A stretch of 64,000 nt of DNA from a virus (lineage: Duplodnaviria > Heunggongvirae > Uroviricota > Caudoviricetes), in IMG/VR virus record IMGVR_UViG_3300037466_002980, positions 170,811-234,810 of that record. One strand, written 5' to 3'. A model generated the notes under the pieces. It did no database searches. It was not told where the DNA came from and saw nothing but the letters and a program-made list of their open reading frames with translations. A program made the translations under genes and the position numbers. Below, piece by piece: positions 12,726 to 23,213 of the stretch (its first letter is position 1; each line of letters begins with the position of its first letter).

Positions 12726-13203
12726 GATATACAGGTTTATCTAATTCTTGCTGAACAAACTTAACCAGATTTGACGGAGTAGCTGATACCGAAATATCTA
12801 TTCCAGCTTTTTCGTACACCGCCTGCACATATCTTGCACATTCCCAAAGATTATCATCAATATCTAAATCTAGAAAAGACTCAATTGCTTGTATCTGAGA
12901 ATATTTTTCACCGATTATAGACATTGCATATTCTTCGATATCAGGTGTCCAATTAATTTCCATCGGAACATGATAAAAGTCTCCTAATTTAGATAAAGGA
13001 AAAATTCTCACTAACGGAACCACAGCTTCCAAACAAAATACTCGTCCACCGGTTACCCATGCTATTCCAACATGCGAATATTCTGATTTTGTAAAAATTC
13101 TAACTGCTTGAACTTTTATATCGTGCCAAGATTTCCAACCAGCATGAGAGAATGCTAGGAGATCACCAGATTTGATATTAGTTCGTATATCAGAATATTT
13201 CAT
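12700..13203 (-). CDS. permuted papain-like NlpC/P60 (YiiX/YebB-type) amidase
   Basis: GDLL...SHVGI (His) upstream of ECARYV (Cys). Confidence 0.75.
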   Translation of the reverse strand: MKYSDIRTNIKSGDLLAFSHAGWKSWHDIKVQAVRIFTKSEYSHVGIAWVTGGRVFCLEAVVPLVRIFPLSKLGDFYHVPMEINWTPDIEEYAMSIIGEKYSQIQAIESFLDLDIDDNLWECARYVQAVYEKAGIDISVSATPSNLVKFVQQELDKPVYLIENSNVD

Positions 13204-14096
13204 TACTGTTTAGGAACCCACAATCCACCACCGGACGCTGTAGCACCGAATCCAAAATTAACGTAATTGGTCCCCGAATATGAAAATTCATCAAGAAGTG
13301 TAGCTGATGAAACAGAGGATAATTTAATATCATATGCTGTTCCGGCAAAAACACTATTAAAACTCATTCCGGCAGAATAAAGTGCTATATATTGATTTTC
13401 AGAAGCATCTCTATACAAACCACTTCCTGCACCTTGTGGTCCACCAACATTTAATATTGGACCCAAATTGGTTATCGCTGCAGATACAGTGGTATCGCCC
13501 GATGATGTTTGATTTTTAGCTCTCGAGATAAACCAAGATGAAGTGTTGGCCAATGAAAACCACGGAGCCGATTGTCCGGCGGCCTGTGAAAACATTGCAT
13601 AGCAAGGATATCCAGAAGGAATGGCAGCATCTCGGGTAGTTTCGATAGTTGAACCTGTAAATCCTCGAAAACTACCAGTGGTGGTCCAAGAAATCATAAT
13701 AATATTCTTTGCTGTGGCATAGATATAAAAATAACCACCATTGGTTGCATCCCATGAACCGGATCCTGTGGTACATGCATTGGTTCCAGCATGAGTACTT
13801 GCATTCCATGTTTCAGCAATAAAGCATAAGAAGGTAGAAATACCGTTTAATTGTATGCCCCAATATTTATATGTAACTCCATCCTGTGCTAAAGTACGTA
13901 GCATCTGCCAATTTGTTCCTGCAGAGGCATCCCAAACTGACCAACCAGCAGCAACCGTTGAAGTAATAGAAGTATTAGACTGAACACAAGATGCACTAAG
14001 ACTGGCAACGTTTGTTGTACCAGTTAAAATAGATATAATATCTGATAACACCTGTGCCTGCGTTGATCCAGCTTTGTAATTATAAACAGCATACAT
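13203..14096 (-). CDS. virion/fibre-associated protein, paralog of 14387..15286
   Basis: S/T/G-rich; near-identical N-terminus MYAVYNYKAGSTQAQVLSDI and C-terminus GLWVPK. Confidence 0.7.
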   Translation of the reverse strand: MYAVYNYKAGSTQAQVLSDIISILTGTTNVASLSASCVQSNTSITSTVAAGWSVWDASAGTNWQMLRTLAQDGVTYKYWGIQLNGISTFLCFIAETWNASTHAGTNACTTGSGSWDATNGGYFYIYATAKNIIMISWTTTGSFRGFTGSTIETTRDAAIPSGYPCYAMFSQAAGQSAPWFSLANTSSWFISRAKNQTSSGDTTVSAAITNLGPILNVGGPQGAGSGLYRDASENQYIALYSAGMSFNSVFAGTAYDIKLSSVSSATLLDEFSYSGTNYVNFGFGATASGGGLWVPKQ

Positions 14097-14111
14097 AATT
14101 TAAATCCTTAA

Positions 14112-14390
14112 TTAGAACGATGTTATCGATCCCCAAATAAACTGAGAATTAGATGATACAGTCGTACCTCCCTTAGCTGGACCAAATGTACCACCATTAA
14201 ATCCGCTATTTAATATTGATGTAATGGCAGTTGATTGAATGATAGTTCCACCAAGAGAATCGCCAGCTTGAAATCGTTGACGATATGTATTAAATGATAT
14301 TAATGTACCACTTACTGTCAAATTAATTCCAGTAGATTCTCTGGGTCCTGCCGCGGGTTGAACTGTAGTGGTGTAAACAAGAACTGTCAT
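14112..14390 (-). CDS. small virion-type protein
   Basis: T/G/S-rich 92-aa ORF in the fibre cassette. Confidence 0.65.
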   Translation of the reverse strand: MTVLVYTTTVQPAAGPRESTGINLTVSGTLISFNTYRQRFQAGDSLGGTIIQSTAITSILNSGFNGGTFGPAKGGTTVSSNSQFIWGSITSF

Positions 14391-15286
14391 TTCTTAGGTA
14401 CCCAAAGTCCGGAAGAGGCTGTTGTAACACCATTTCCAAAATTTACATAATTAACACCACTAATTACAATTTCATCTAAAATATTAACTCCGGAAAGAAT
14501 AGTAACTGCTTTTAAATCATAACCAGAACCTAACCATGTGCCGTTATACACAGCACCGGTGCTATTCATAGCTACATATTGAGTTTCAGACGCATCTCTA
14601 TAATATCCACCACCTACCGAAGTCGCATTACCTACTGCTGTCACAACTCCATATCCCATAGACGATGCAGTCGAAGATGTAAGAGTATCGCCGGTTGTTG
14701 AAACATTCTTAACTCTTGGAATTTGCATACCAGATGTAGATCCAAGAAGAGATAAATTAATACCAATACCGGTTCCGAGTGTGTCTAAAATCCAACATGG
14801 ATATGTAGATGGTATTGTATCTCTTGTAATTTCAAATAAGGAACCAGTAAGGCCTTTATATCCAGTGGCCGATAACCATGATAAGAATACAATATTTTTC
14901 GGAGTGGCATAGATATAAAAGAATCCACCATTGGTTGCATCCCAGGCCCCCGTTGATGAAGTACATGTATTGGTTCCGACGTGAGTACTACTATTAAAAC
15001 TTTCATATGCCGTCATTGTGAACGCTGTGGTTGTAGTCATCTGAACGCCCCAATATTTAAACGTGGTAGCGTCTTGATTGAGTACTCTTAAAACTTGCTG
15101 GTTGGTACCGGCAGAAGCATCATATACTGACCAACCAGCTGCTTCTGTTGAAACAATAGAGGAGTTGACTTGAACACAAGATGCACTAAGTGAAGATACT
15201 AACGTAGTTCCTGTAAGGATAGCTACAATATCTGATAACACCTGTGCTTGTGTTGATCCTGCCTTATAATTATAAACAGCATACAT
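14387..15286 (-). CDS. virion/fibre-associated protein, paralog of 13203..14096
   Basis: Full-length similarity to 13203..14096. Confidence 0.7.
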   Translation of the reverse strand: MYAVYNYKAGSTQAQVLSDIVAILTGTTLVSSLSASCVQVNSSIVSTEAAGWSVYDASAGTNQQVLRVLNQDATTFKYWGVQMTTTTAFTMTAYESFNSSTHVGTNTCTSSTGAWDATNGGFFYIYATPKNIVFLSWLSATGYKGLTGSLFEITRDTIPSTYPCWILDTLGTGIGINLSLLGSTSGMQIPRVKNVSTTGDTLTSSTASSMGYGVVTAVGNATSVGGGYYRDASETQYVAMNSTGAVYNGTWLGSGYDLKAVTILSGVNILDEIVISGVNYVNFGNGVTTASSGLWVPKK

Positions 15287-15292
15287 GATATA

Positions 15293-15481
15293 TTATGTTC
15301 CACCTATATTAATTTCAGTTAATCCGTTAATTGTTCCATCAACTTCAATATAACCGTTATTATGAATAATTACATTTCTAAATTCAGTATCAAATGTAAT
15401 ATCCATCGATGTTACGCGATTACAAAAATCATGAAAACTTTCACCTTCGTTTTGTTGAATTTTATATGCTCTAATTGTCAT
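15293..15481 (-). CDS. hypothetical protein
   Basis: AGGA SD; tightly packed in the operon. Confidence 0.65.
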   Translation of the reverse strand: MTIRAYKIQQNEGESFHDFCNRVTSMDITFDTEFRNVIIHNNGYIEVDGTINGLTEINIGGT

Positions 15482-15491
15482 GATATATTCC

Positions 15492-15833
15492 TTAAATCAT
15501 TATTTCTACACTAAATCCAGCATTATTGGTACTTGACCCCGATATTCCTGCTGTAAAATAATCCGTTGATACAACAGATAATGATAAGCCGGTTGTCGAT
15601 CCGGTAGATTGTCCCGCTAATATGGTAACTGTAGTAAATGAAACTCCATTTTTATATAAGGTAATTGTTGTATTCACAGAGACCGCACCGGCAGCCCATG
15701 CATAGATAGCACTAAGAAGACCTGTTGCATTTGGATAAATCGGCAATCCGGTATTAACTGTTCCAGAAACTCCAGGGAATACACCAAGAAATGTTACCTT
15801 TCTGTTTACATTATATGTCATACAATACTCCAA
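15492..15833 (-). CDS. small beta-rich virion protein
   Basis: Composition and operon context; true start may be the second Met. Confidence 0.65.
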   Translation of the reverse strand: MEYCMTYNVNRKVTFLGVFPGVSGTVNTGLPIYPNATGLLSAIYAWAAGAVSVNTTITLYKNGVSFTTVTILAGQSTGSTTGLSLSVVSTDYFTAGISGSSTNNAGFSVEIMI

Positions 15834-17071
15834 TAACCTAATTGGTTACTATATACAAATGAATAGGATGGTCTTGATGTTGAAGAAGTAACAACAGTAG
15901 AAGAACCATCGATTGTCTTACCATTGCCATCGATTGTCATTGTGTTTGCATCGGTTGTTATTTTTTTAATTGTATGAAATTCTCCATCCACCGGAGAAGC
16001 TGGAAATCTAACTGTTGTATTTCCACCGCTTGTATCAACTGAATAGAAAGCACTTGTTGAAGATATAGTTGTTCCGCCGACACTATATGTTATAGCAGTT
16101 CCTACTGATATAGGAGTTCCACTCGTTGTTGCAATTGTTACATTTTTGGTGGTATTATCGGTTGTAATAGTAACATTGTTTCCTGCTACCAACGTTAATG
16201 TTTGAGTAGTAGAAGCTGCCGTTACTGTTGTTTGGCCAGATACAGCTATTGATGAAAAGAGATTTTGATCACCGGTATTTGTACCCGATAGGTTCGAACC
16301 GGTAACTGTTCCGGTTGCTGCCACCGAAGTAGGTGTAATATTTCCCAATGTTAATGTTATTGCTGGCGTAGTTGTTGGGTTTGATACTGTTCCCGAAACA
16401 CCATTAGCTGTAGTAACAGAAACACTAGTAACCGTTCCTCCTCCACCATTTGATGCACTTGTGATCCTACCTTTTGAATCAATTGTGATATTCGCATTTG
16501 TATAGGATCCAGCAACTACAGCAGTATTCGCTAAGGTTGTTACAAAACTTCCCGTACCTGTGCCCGTTACATCACCAGTTAAAGTAATAGTTTGATCACC
16601 AGTATTTGTACCAGATAGATTTGAACCAGTAACTGTTCCGGTGGCAGCAACAGAGGTTGGTGTTATATTGCCAAGGGTTAATGTTATTGCTGGCGTGGTT
16701 GTTGGGTTAGCTACTGATCCTGAAACTCCATTTGCAGTGGTAACAGAAACATTAGTTACTGTTCCTCCACTACCTATACCGCTTGACGCACTTGTAATTC
16801 TGCCTTTTGAATCAATTGTGATATTTGCAGATGTGTAAACACCGGGTGTAACACTCGTATCAGATAATGTCGCTGCAAAACTTCCTGTTCCGGATCCAGT
16901 AACATCACCGGTTAAAGTAATAGTCTGATCTCCGGTATTTGTTCCAGTCAAATTCGAACCGCTAACTGTTCCAGTTGCGGTTATTGTTCCACGTACATCG
17001 AGCGAAACGTCTGTTCCATCTTGCCTGGATATTTCGACTATGCCGTCTTGCGAGGATACCTTATATGACAT
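15818..17071 (-). CDS. fibre protein with internal ~110-aa repeats
   Basis: Repeated GSNLxGTNTGDQTITLTGDVTG...ANITIDSKGRITSAS...GTVTxVSVTTANGVSG. Confidence 0.75.
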   Translation of the reverse strand: MSYKVSSQDGIVEISRQDGTDVSLDVRGTITATGTVSGSNLTGTNTGDQTITLTGDVTGSGTGSFAATLSDTSVTPGVYTSANITIDSKGRITSASSGIGSGGTVTNVSVTTANGVSGSVANPTTTPAITLTLGNITPTSVAATGTVTGSNLSGTNTGDQTITLTGDVTGTGTGSFVTTLANTAVVAGSYTNANITIDSKGRITSASNGGGGTVTSVSVTTANGVSGTVSNPTTTPAITLTLGNITPTSVAATGTVTGSNLSGTNTGDQNLFSSIAVSGQTTVTAASTTQTLTLVAGNNVTITTDNTTKNVTIATTSGTPISVGTAITYSVGGTTISSTSAFYSVDTSGGNTTVRFPASPVDGEFHTIKKITTDANTMTIDGNGKTIDGSSTVVTSSTSRPSYSFVYSNQLGYWSIV

Positions 17072-17110
17072 AATTTTGTTTTATTTTATATTTATATAGA
17101 AAATCCATTA

Positions 17111-18919
17111 TTAAATAGTTGTACTAAACAATCCACCTGTACCAGTGACACCACCTGTTCCAAGAGTTGTGCCGTTCTCTAGCAAGAAGGATAGTTCACG
17201 AACATTATATGCTGATCCGGTAATAGTTCCCGAACTTAGCGACATATAATTTTCAACAAAACTATTTCCTTCTACATAGAAAATATAATTCCCACCACTA
17301 CAAGTACATGGTTGGGAAAATGTTATACCACCCTGCATACGAACATGTGACTGTCCATAAACCGCTACCAATCCGTCGATTGTTGAGATGTTAATAGTTG
17401 GACTAAACACATCCAACATAGCGTTGTTTAAAACAGAAAAAACGGTAGCACCAGTGCCTGTAAAGGTACACCCAGTTGTTTTAAGGTAGACTCCGGGGCC
17501 GTCAGCTAAGATTATGTTTCCGCCGGTATTATTAAGTGTAATGCCTTGAATAGATGTAGGAGTGCTACCAGCGTATGAGCTAAACTGACCATTGATGATT
17601 GTTGATAGCGTTCCGGTAATGATAAGTTCTGAATTAGCACTTGCTCCTACAGCAACTGGAACGGTTACGCTTTCGTTGTAAGTTCCGTTTCCGATACTGA
17701 CAGTAACTCCCCATCCGTTGAAGTCAAGTCTTGAAACTATTAACATCGCGTGTGAGATTGTTAAGAATGCACCAGCAGAACTATTTGTCAGACCATTATT
17801 TGAATCAGAACCATCGGTGCGCACGTAATATGTTCTGGCAGCGGTTAATATTTCTCTGCCACCGGTTGCTCCGTTGAAACTCGAAGATGCATCAAGTGTT
17901 CCTGTTATCGTACCTGGCATTGTAACAGGTGAATAGAGAGAAGAGCCACGAATGAGAGTATATGCTGTACCTGTTGGTGATCCCGAGGTTGTCACGTTGA
18001 AGCTGACCATCGAAAGGTCACTAGCTTCGATCAAGGCTACACTGAAGTTGTTCGTTCCCGAGAACACAATGTTACCTGTGATTTCGGCTCTAGAAGCATT
18101 AGAAAGCTCCAACCACGAGTGAGGAGTGCTAAATGCATTGCTTTGAATCGTTATGTTCGAGATAACACCCAGTGATCCGTCAAACAGTTGAACGGCAGTA
18201 CCATTAGTAGGAAGATTGAAAATAACAGAATCGCACTCAAAGATTGATCCATCGTACGCTGCGATTGCAACACTCGAAGCATTAATTTGTAAGTTGTAAA
18301 TCGCCCAAACGTTTGAGAAATATAAGTTGAATCCACCATTAATAACAACGTTCGACGGAGTGACATTGTTACCTTGAATTGAAACATTAAACCAATCTTG
18401 ACCTGTACAGAGTACCTGATTTAATTCGTTGGTTTCGGTATATGTTCCATCGGCGAGTTGGATGGTAACTGTAGCAAGAGATCCAATTGTTAATGTGTAA
18501 ACAGTGGTAATTGCTTTATTAATTGTTGCAAAAGGCGTTGCAGGAGATAAACCATTATTGGAATCACTTCCACTTGGGTCGACATAATAGGTAACGTTAG
18601 TTTCAAGTTGTCCTCCGCCTCCGGTTCCGTTTGCTGCACTTGTAATTCGTCCTTTAGCATCAACTGTGATGTTAGCTGAAGTATATGAGCCTGCAGTAAC
18701 TCCACTCGATGAAAGTATTGTTGCGAAACTTCCTGTACCTGACCCGGTTACATCACCGGTTAATGTAATAGTCTGATCTCCAGTGTTGGTGCCAGTTAAA
18801 TTGGAACCAACAATTGTGCCAGTTGCATTAATAGATCCTTCAACATCAACTAAAATACCTGTTCCATCAGATTTTGCAAATATTAAAGATCCGTCTTGAA
18901 CTACAATTTTATGCGCCAT
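17111..18919 (-). CDS. fibre/spike protein with two beta-helix (pectin-lyase-like) modules
   Basis: N-terminal repeat shared with 15818..17071; two YYVxxxGSDSNNGL...F.TI..A...GTYxE modules. Confidence 0.7.
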   Translation of the reverse strand: MAHKIVVQDGSLIFAKSDGTGILVDVEGSINATGTIVGSNLTGTNTGDQTITLTGDVTGSGTGSFATILSSSGVTAGSYTSANITVDAKGRITSAANGTGGGGQLETNVTYYVDPSGSDSNNGLSPATPFATINKAITTVYTLTIGSLATVTIQLADGTYTETNELNQVLCTGQDWFNVSIQGNNVTPSNVVINGGFNLYFSNVWAIYNLQINASSVAIAAYDGSIFECDSVIFNLPTNGTAVQLFDGSLGVISNITIQSNAFSTPHSWLELSNASRAEITGNIVFSGTNNFSVALIEASDLSMVSFNVTTSGSPTGTAYTLIRGSSLYSPVTMPGTITGTLDASSSFNGATGGREILTAARTYYVRTDGSDSNNGLTNSSAGAFLTISHAMLIVSRLDFNGWGVTVSIGNGTYNESVTVPVAVGASANSELIITGTLSTIINGQFSSYAGSTPTSIQGITLNNTGGNIILADGPGVYLKTTGCTFTGTGATVFSVLNNAMLDVFSPTINISTIDGLVAVYGQSHVRMQGGITFSQPCTCSGGNYIFYVEGNSFVENYMSLSSGTITGSAYNVRELSFLLENGTTLGTGGVTGTGGLFSTTI

Positions 18920-18988
18920 ACCTTTCCTATCAATTTCTTATATTTATCAAGAAATTGTCATTAAAAACAAATTGGAAAGTTTTTCAAT

Positions 18989-19013
18989 AAAAAAGGCCCG
19001 AATAAATCGGGCC
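18989..19013 (-). terminator. intrinsic terminator after the major capsid gene
   Basis: GGCCCGA-TTTAT-TCGGGCC-TTTTTT. Confidence 0.9.
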
Positions 19014-19042
19014 CCAAACCTACTAAAAGTTCTAACTAAGGA

Positions 19043-20215
19043 TTAATAGAACTTCAATGTTGCGCTATTGATACCAACTTTCGAAAGGTAGTCAGCTGCG
19101 TTACCGAACGAGTTAGCGGTATTGGTAAGTTCCAAGTATCCGTAACGTGTCATAAATGAAACAACTGGTTCGAAAGTCTGTGGATCCATAACAGGACCAA
19201 CGCTCATTAATGGAATGTATGGGCAGTAGTAAGCTGCTGCGTCTGTTTCTGTTGGTCCTTTGTAACCAATAAGGACTGGATCTCCATCGCTTGCGTATTG
19301 GTTAACGTAAACACGCATGGTGCTATTGAGTGTACCGACAAATTTTGTATTTGTTGGTGCTTCAAATGTACCTTCTGTGGTACGAGCAAAACTCGATGTT
19401 GTAGCAGACTGAAGAATTGTTAATGCTGTTGGCGAAACAACTGCCCAGTTAGCTGCACCACGACGTGTACGTGCTGCGATAAGGTTAGCTTGTTGGTTGA
19501 TCATAACTGCAAGAGCGGCCATTTCATCACCAACGTATGTTGCTGTACCAGAAACAGCGGCTTGGTCAAATGTTGTTGGAGCAACAGGGACTAAACTACC
19601 GAGCTTGAAAAGCATTTCCTGGTCAATTTCAACTGTAATTTCTTGTGCAAGTGCTTGCATAATTTCTGCTTCGATGTCAATACCATGAATAGCGTTAGCA
19701 TCTTGTGCAGCTTCGAAAGTCCAACGTGCCGATAGCTTACGTGTTTTAGCTTCGACAGTTTCCTTTAGAATCTGAATGCTTAACTTGTTACCTGGTACGC
19801 CTTCTAATCTAGCTGTGCTTGCGGCAGCTGGATCAGCAGCATTTTCGTTACCCGAATATGCTTTAGCAATATCAAATGGACTCAATGCTTCAGTACCTGC
19901 TGTAATTCCAGCGGCAGTATTAGCATAACGAACACGCAATGTATGGATCTGTCCAACAGGTCCTGTCATTGGCTGAACACCCATGATTTCATTTGCAATG
20001 ACGGTTGGCATAACACGTCGAATTAGCGGTAACATAACTTTGTTAAGTACAGCGATATTACCTGCTTGTGTAGCTCCTGCGGTAGCCGATTCAGCTAAGT
20101 ATTTACGAGTGTTTTCAAACACTACGTCCATGCTTTGACGGCGGGTTCCCGAAAGGCCTTCTAGAAGGGCTTCTTTAGTAGCGGCCCAGTTTGATTCAAA
20201 TAGCTTAGTTGCCAT
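19043..20215 (-). CDS. gp23: major capsid protein (T4 gp23-like)
   Basis: LIRRVMP..IA.EI.GVQPMTGP.GQI; KTRKLSARWTFEAAQD; YYCPYIPL; FMTRYG. Confidence 0.97.
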   Translation of the reverse strand: MATKLFESNWAATKEALLEGLSGTRRQSMDVVFENTRKYLAESATAGATQAGNIAVLNKVMLPLIRRVMPTVIANEIMGVQPMTGPVGQIHTLRVRYANTAAGITAGTEALSPFDIAKAYSGNENAADPAAASTARLEGVPGNKLSIQILKETVEAKTRKLSARWTFEAAQDANAIHGIDIEAEIMQALAQEITVEIDQEMLFKLGSLVPVAPTTFDQAAVSGTATYVGDEMAALAVMINQQANLIAARTRRGAANWAVVSPTALTILQSATTSSFARTTEGTFEAPTNTKFVGTLNSTMRVYVNQYASDGDPVLIGYKGPTETDAAAYYCPYIPLMSVGPVMDPQTFEPVVSFMTRYGYLELTNTANSFGNAADYLSKVGINSATLKFY

Positions 20216-20231
20216 TATTAATTCTCCTAAA

Positions 20232-21350
20232 TTACTTTCTAATTCCGGCTAAGGATAAAATTTTCTGAAGATCAACGACTTCTTCCTGATCTTCGCTTCG
20301 AGTGTTATCCACTCTATTACCTGTTCTTTCAGACAATGTTGCTTCGTTCAACTGTGGTTTTTGTGTCACAGGTTTACGTTCGATTGCTTCATTAAGAACG
20401 CTTGGTAGATACTTGTTATATGCTACCTGTAAATTCTTTGTCTGAACTGATTCAAGCAATTCTTTCATCACTGCCTTCTTGTCTTTAGACAATGGGGCGA
20501 GTAATTCGTTCATGGCTTTTTCTCTTTCTACGAGGTCCTGTGTAACCTTAAGTTTAGTATCAAGACTTTCCATTACGCTTCTTGACTTCTTAACTGATTC
20601 GTTAAGATTTTTCAATTCAGCTTCTTTCTGTTCTAATACTTTCTGAAGTTTTCTAATTTCAGTACCTTCGTTTAAATACGAAGCCATAAATTCACCAGCG
20701 TAAGCTTCAAACATCTTACGACCGAATTCGTTTTCACGGGCAATACGAATATCATCCTTGAATTGTCCAATTTCAGTACGTAATGCTTTTTCGATGTTGG
20801 CTTCAACAATCTGAGCTGCACGCTTGATAAATTGTGTCTTTGTTTCTTGTAGTTTCTGTTTACCTTCAGTAACCATCTTGACTTTCTGTTCTGCGAGAGA
20901 TTTCTTGTCTTCGCGGAAATCACGAATTTCTTCAGCAAGTTGTTTCAAAAGGAAGTTTTCAAGTTTCTTAAAATTTTCCTTCATTAACTTCTTTTCGCCA
21001 TGAAATTCTTTCATTTCCTTTGCGACGGCTTCTGTGATGAACTTGTTTAACATTCCTGTGTGTTCAAGTAGCCTATTCTTATAAGCAACTTTTTCTTCGA
21101 CAAGTTTCCTCTTGTCTTCGGCGAATTCTTCGAGTTCGACGCGAACTTTATCTGTTAAGAAACGATCCATGGACTGGACGAGAACTCCCTTGTCATGTTC
21201 AAACTTACGAGCAAATTCTTCACGAAGTGTTGCTGCAACTTCTTCACGTGCTTCGGCAATTCTTTCTTCCCAGAGTCCAACAATCTGATTCTTTACATCT
21301 TCAGAAAGTCCGACGCTTTCGCTCAAGATCTCATCAATTTTCTTTGCCAT
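20232..21350 (-). CDS. prohead scaffold/core protein (gp22-like)
   Basis: Coiled-coil, E/K-rich; lies between protease and capsid genes. Confidence 0.8.
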   Translation of the reverse strand: MAKKIDEILSESVGLSEDVKNQIVGLWEERIAEAREEVAATLREEFARKFEHDKGVLVQSMDRFLTDKVRVELEEFAEDKRKLVEEKVAYKNRLLEHTGMLNKFITEAVAKEMKEFHGEKKLMKENFKKLENFLLKQLAEEIRDFREDKKSLAEQKVKMVTEGKQKLQETKTQFIKRAAQIVEANIEKALRTEIGQFKDDIRIARENEFGRKMFEAYAGEFMASYLNEGTEIRKLQKVLEQKEAELKNLNESVKKSRSVMESLDTKLKVTQDLVEREKAMNELLAPLSKDKKAVMKELLESVQTKNLQVAYNKYLPSVLNEAIERKPVTQKPQLNEATLSERTGNRVDNTRSEDQEEVVDLQKILSLAGIRK

Positions 21351-21361
21351 CTTGAGTTCTC

Positions 21362-22000
21362 CTAATATTTTAACTCTTGAATAAATCGTTGAATGTCTTT
21401 CGCAAGCTGTTTCTGTGCTGCGGCTTCGTATAATGCATCTTTGGCTGTAGACATTAAACTTGCACCGCCTTTCATGTTGTAAAGACTTTCATAAATTGTT
21501 CTTGGATATGCGTTCGGTGCACTCGGTTGAGCGACTATATCGACTGTTACAATTTCAAAATCAGAAACTGCACCATCATCGTTAACATTTCCAGAACCAC
21601 GGGATGAAACACCCAACTTTGCGCCCGATTCCAATAGCGTCTTTACGATATTGCCCATCGGAGTTGAGACAATTTTCAACTTACCGTATCCGTCAGTGCC
21701 ATCCATCCACATTTCAGTGATAAGGTGGCTCACACGATCTAAATTAATCGAAAGTTCTTCTGGATGATCCAGTTCTCCCATAACTGATTGACCGTGTGTA
21801 ATCTTTTCTGTAATAGAATTAACAGCCCTAGCAATTTCTCTTGCCGGATAAACACGCTGATTTTGGTTACGAACGTCTCCTTGTATAAAGATTCCCTTCA
21901 TACAAAGATCTTTTCCACCGCGAGCGTTGGTTTCCTCAAGTAATGTTACGTGTGCCTTATCAAAAGATAGATACTCGTAAAGTTTATTTGCCATAGACAT
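21362..22000 (-). CDS. gp21: prohead protease (T4 gp21-like)
   Basis: GELDHP, GVSSRGSG, DIVAQPSAPNA motifs. Confidence 0.95.
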   Translation of the reverse strand: MSMANKLYEYLSFDKAHVTLLEETNARGGKDLCMKGIFIQGDVRNQNQRVYPAREIARAVNSITEKITHGQSVMGELDHPEELSINLDRVSHLITEMWMDGTDGYGKLKIVSTPMGNIVKTLLESGAKLGVSSRGSGNVNDDGAVSDFEIVTVDIVAQPSAPNAYPRTIYESLYNMKGGASLMSTAKDALYEAAAQKQLAKDIQRFIQELKY

Positions 22001-22011
22001 CTATTTTCCTA

Positions 22012-23043
22012 TTATTCGTGCCTTGCGCCAGGCTTGCTTGGTGCTTTAGATAAAGGACTCTTTACATCTGTCTTACCAGAGTGACTTCCTTTTCCTGTAC
22101 CAACAAACTTACCTTCTGCCTTATCAGCATGGCTTCCTGTTTTCTTTAATGGAACATCAACGTTATCTGATGGAGTATCATCGGACGCACAATCGCCTGT
22201 CCATTTTCCATATTCGCCGCCAGTAGACTTGCTACCTAAAATGTTATCAGTCTTTCCACCGTAACTTGGCTTTGAAGGAGCTTTTGAAAATACAGACTTA
22301 CCTTGTTCGGCACCCTTTGGGGTATCTTTACCTGTACCAGCAAAACCAGGATTTGCACTCTTCTGTCCTGTATCGCCGACTTTCTTCATAAATTGTGTTT
22401 CTTCGTCGACTTTCTTATCTTTCTTTAAATCTTTAGCTTCTGGTGCTTTCTTGATCTTACCATCTTTCTTCTTTTCAAACATGGTAGCAACTACTTCACC
22501 AACGACTTTTTCTTCTCCGCCGAAATCAGGCATTCCTTCATCGCCGCCCATATCCATTTCAGGTTCCTCTTCGGCGCCAAATTCGCCAGCAAGATCTGCA
22601 TGTTCTGGCTCTTGCATTTCTTCGCCCATTAAAGCGTCAAATTCTGCACGAAGTTCAGCAAGCTGTGATTCGAGATCTTCAACTCTGTCTTCGACATCGC
22701 CTTCGCCCATTTCTTCTTCGCCTTCTTCGCTTCCCATTTCGTCAGAAGGTTCGTCATCCTCTTCGGATGCTTCACCATCGTTTTGTTCATCTGTATCAAT
22801 TTCGTCCTTGTCAGACGCAATTTCATCTGTAAAATTCTTATTAGGTTCACCACCAACATCGTCTTCAGATTCTTCAATCTCTTCATTACCTTCTTCGACA
22901 TCCATGTCTTCTTCTTCGACAATGCTTTCGTAGATGGTACGAGCCTTTTCAACAATGATTTGATGGAGAAGTTCAGCTGCCTGGTCAGATTCTTCGTTAA
23001 GAAGAAGATCTAACACTTGTTCTAACTTCATTTGTTGTGACAT
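22012..23043 (-). CDS. acidic prohead core protein
   Basis: D/E-rich N half and K/G-rich C half; head module position. Confidence 0.7.
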   Translation of the reverse strand: MSQQMKLEQVLDLLLNEESDQAAELLHQIIVEKARTIYESIVEEEDMDVEEGNEEIEESEDDVGGEPNKNFTDEIASDKDEIDTDEQNDGEASEEDDEPSDEMGSEEGEEEMGEGDVEDRVEDLESQLAELRAEFDALMGEEMQEPEHADLAGEFGAEEEPEMDMGGDEGMPDFGGEEKVVGEVVATMFEKKKDGKIKKAPEAKDLKKDKKVDEETQFMKKVGDTGQKSANPGFAGTGKDTPKGAEQGKSVFSKAPSKPSYGGKTDNILGSKSTGGEYGKWTGDCASDDTPSDNVDVPLKKTGSHADKAEGKFVGTGKGSHSGKTDVKSPLSKAPSKPGARHE

Positions 23044-23128
23044 GCCCTATCTCCTTAGTTGTTAGGTTTTCAAAATTACCAATTAAAGGTATTCATGATA
23101 TTTAACTAGAAGTCAGGGAATATAGACG

Positions 23129-23154
23129 AAAATGGCCGAAAAAGAGGCCATTTT
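23129..23154. terminator. hairpin, possible bidirectional terminator
   Basis: AAAATGGCC-8 nt-GGCCATTTT. Confidence 0.5.
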
Positions 23155-23213
23155 GATGATTTTGTCGATTGACAAGAAATATTTAGTTCAGGTATCTAAA
23201 GAATAAAAATATG

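Noticed and set aside
13203-17071. Diversity-generating retroelement or invertible tail-fibre switch
   Set aside because: Repeat copies differ at synonymous positions of all bases rather than only at adenines, are in direct orientation, and no reverse transcriptase or invertase gene is in the window
22451-22933. 160-aa Ser-rich + strand ORF, and similar antisense ORFs within structural genes
   Set aside because: It is the mirror of the GAA/GAT-rich acidic protein on the minus strand; the other short antisense track ORFs were rejected likewise
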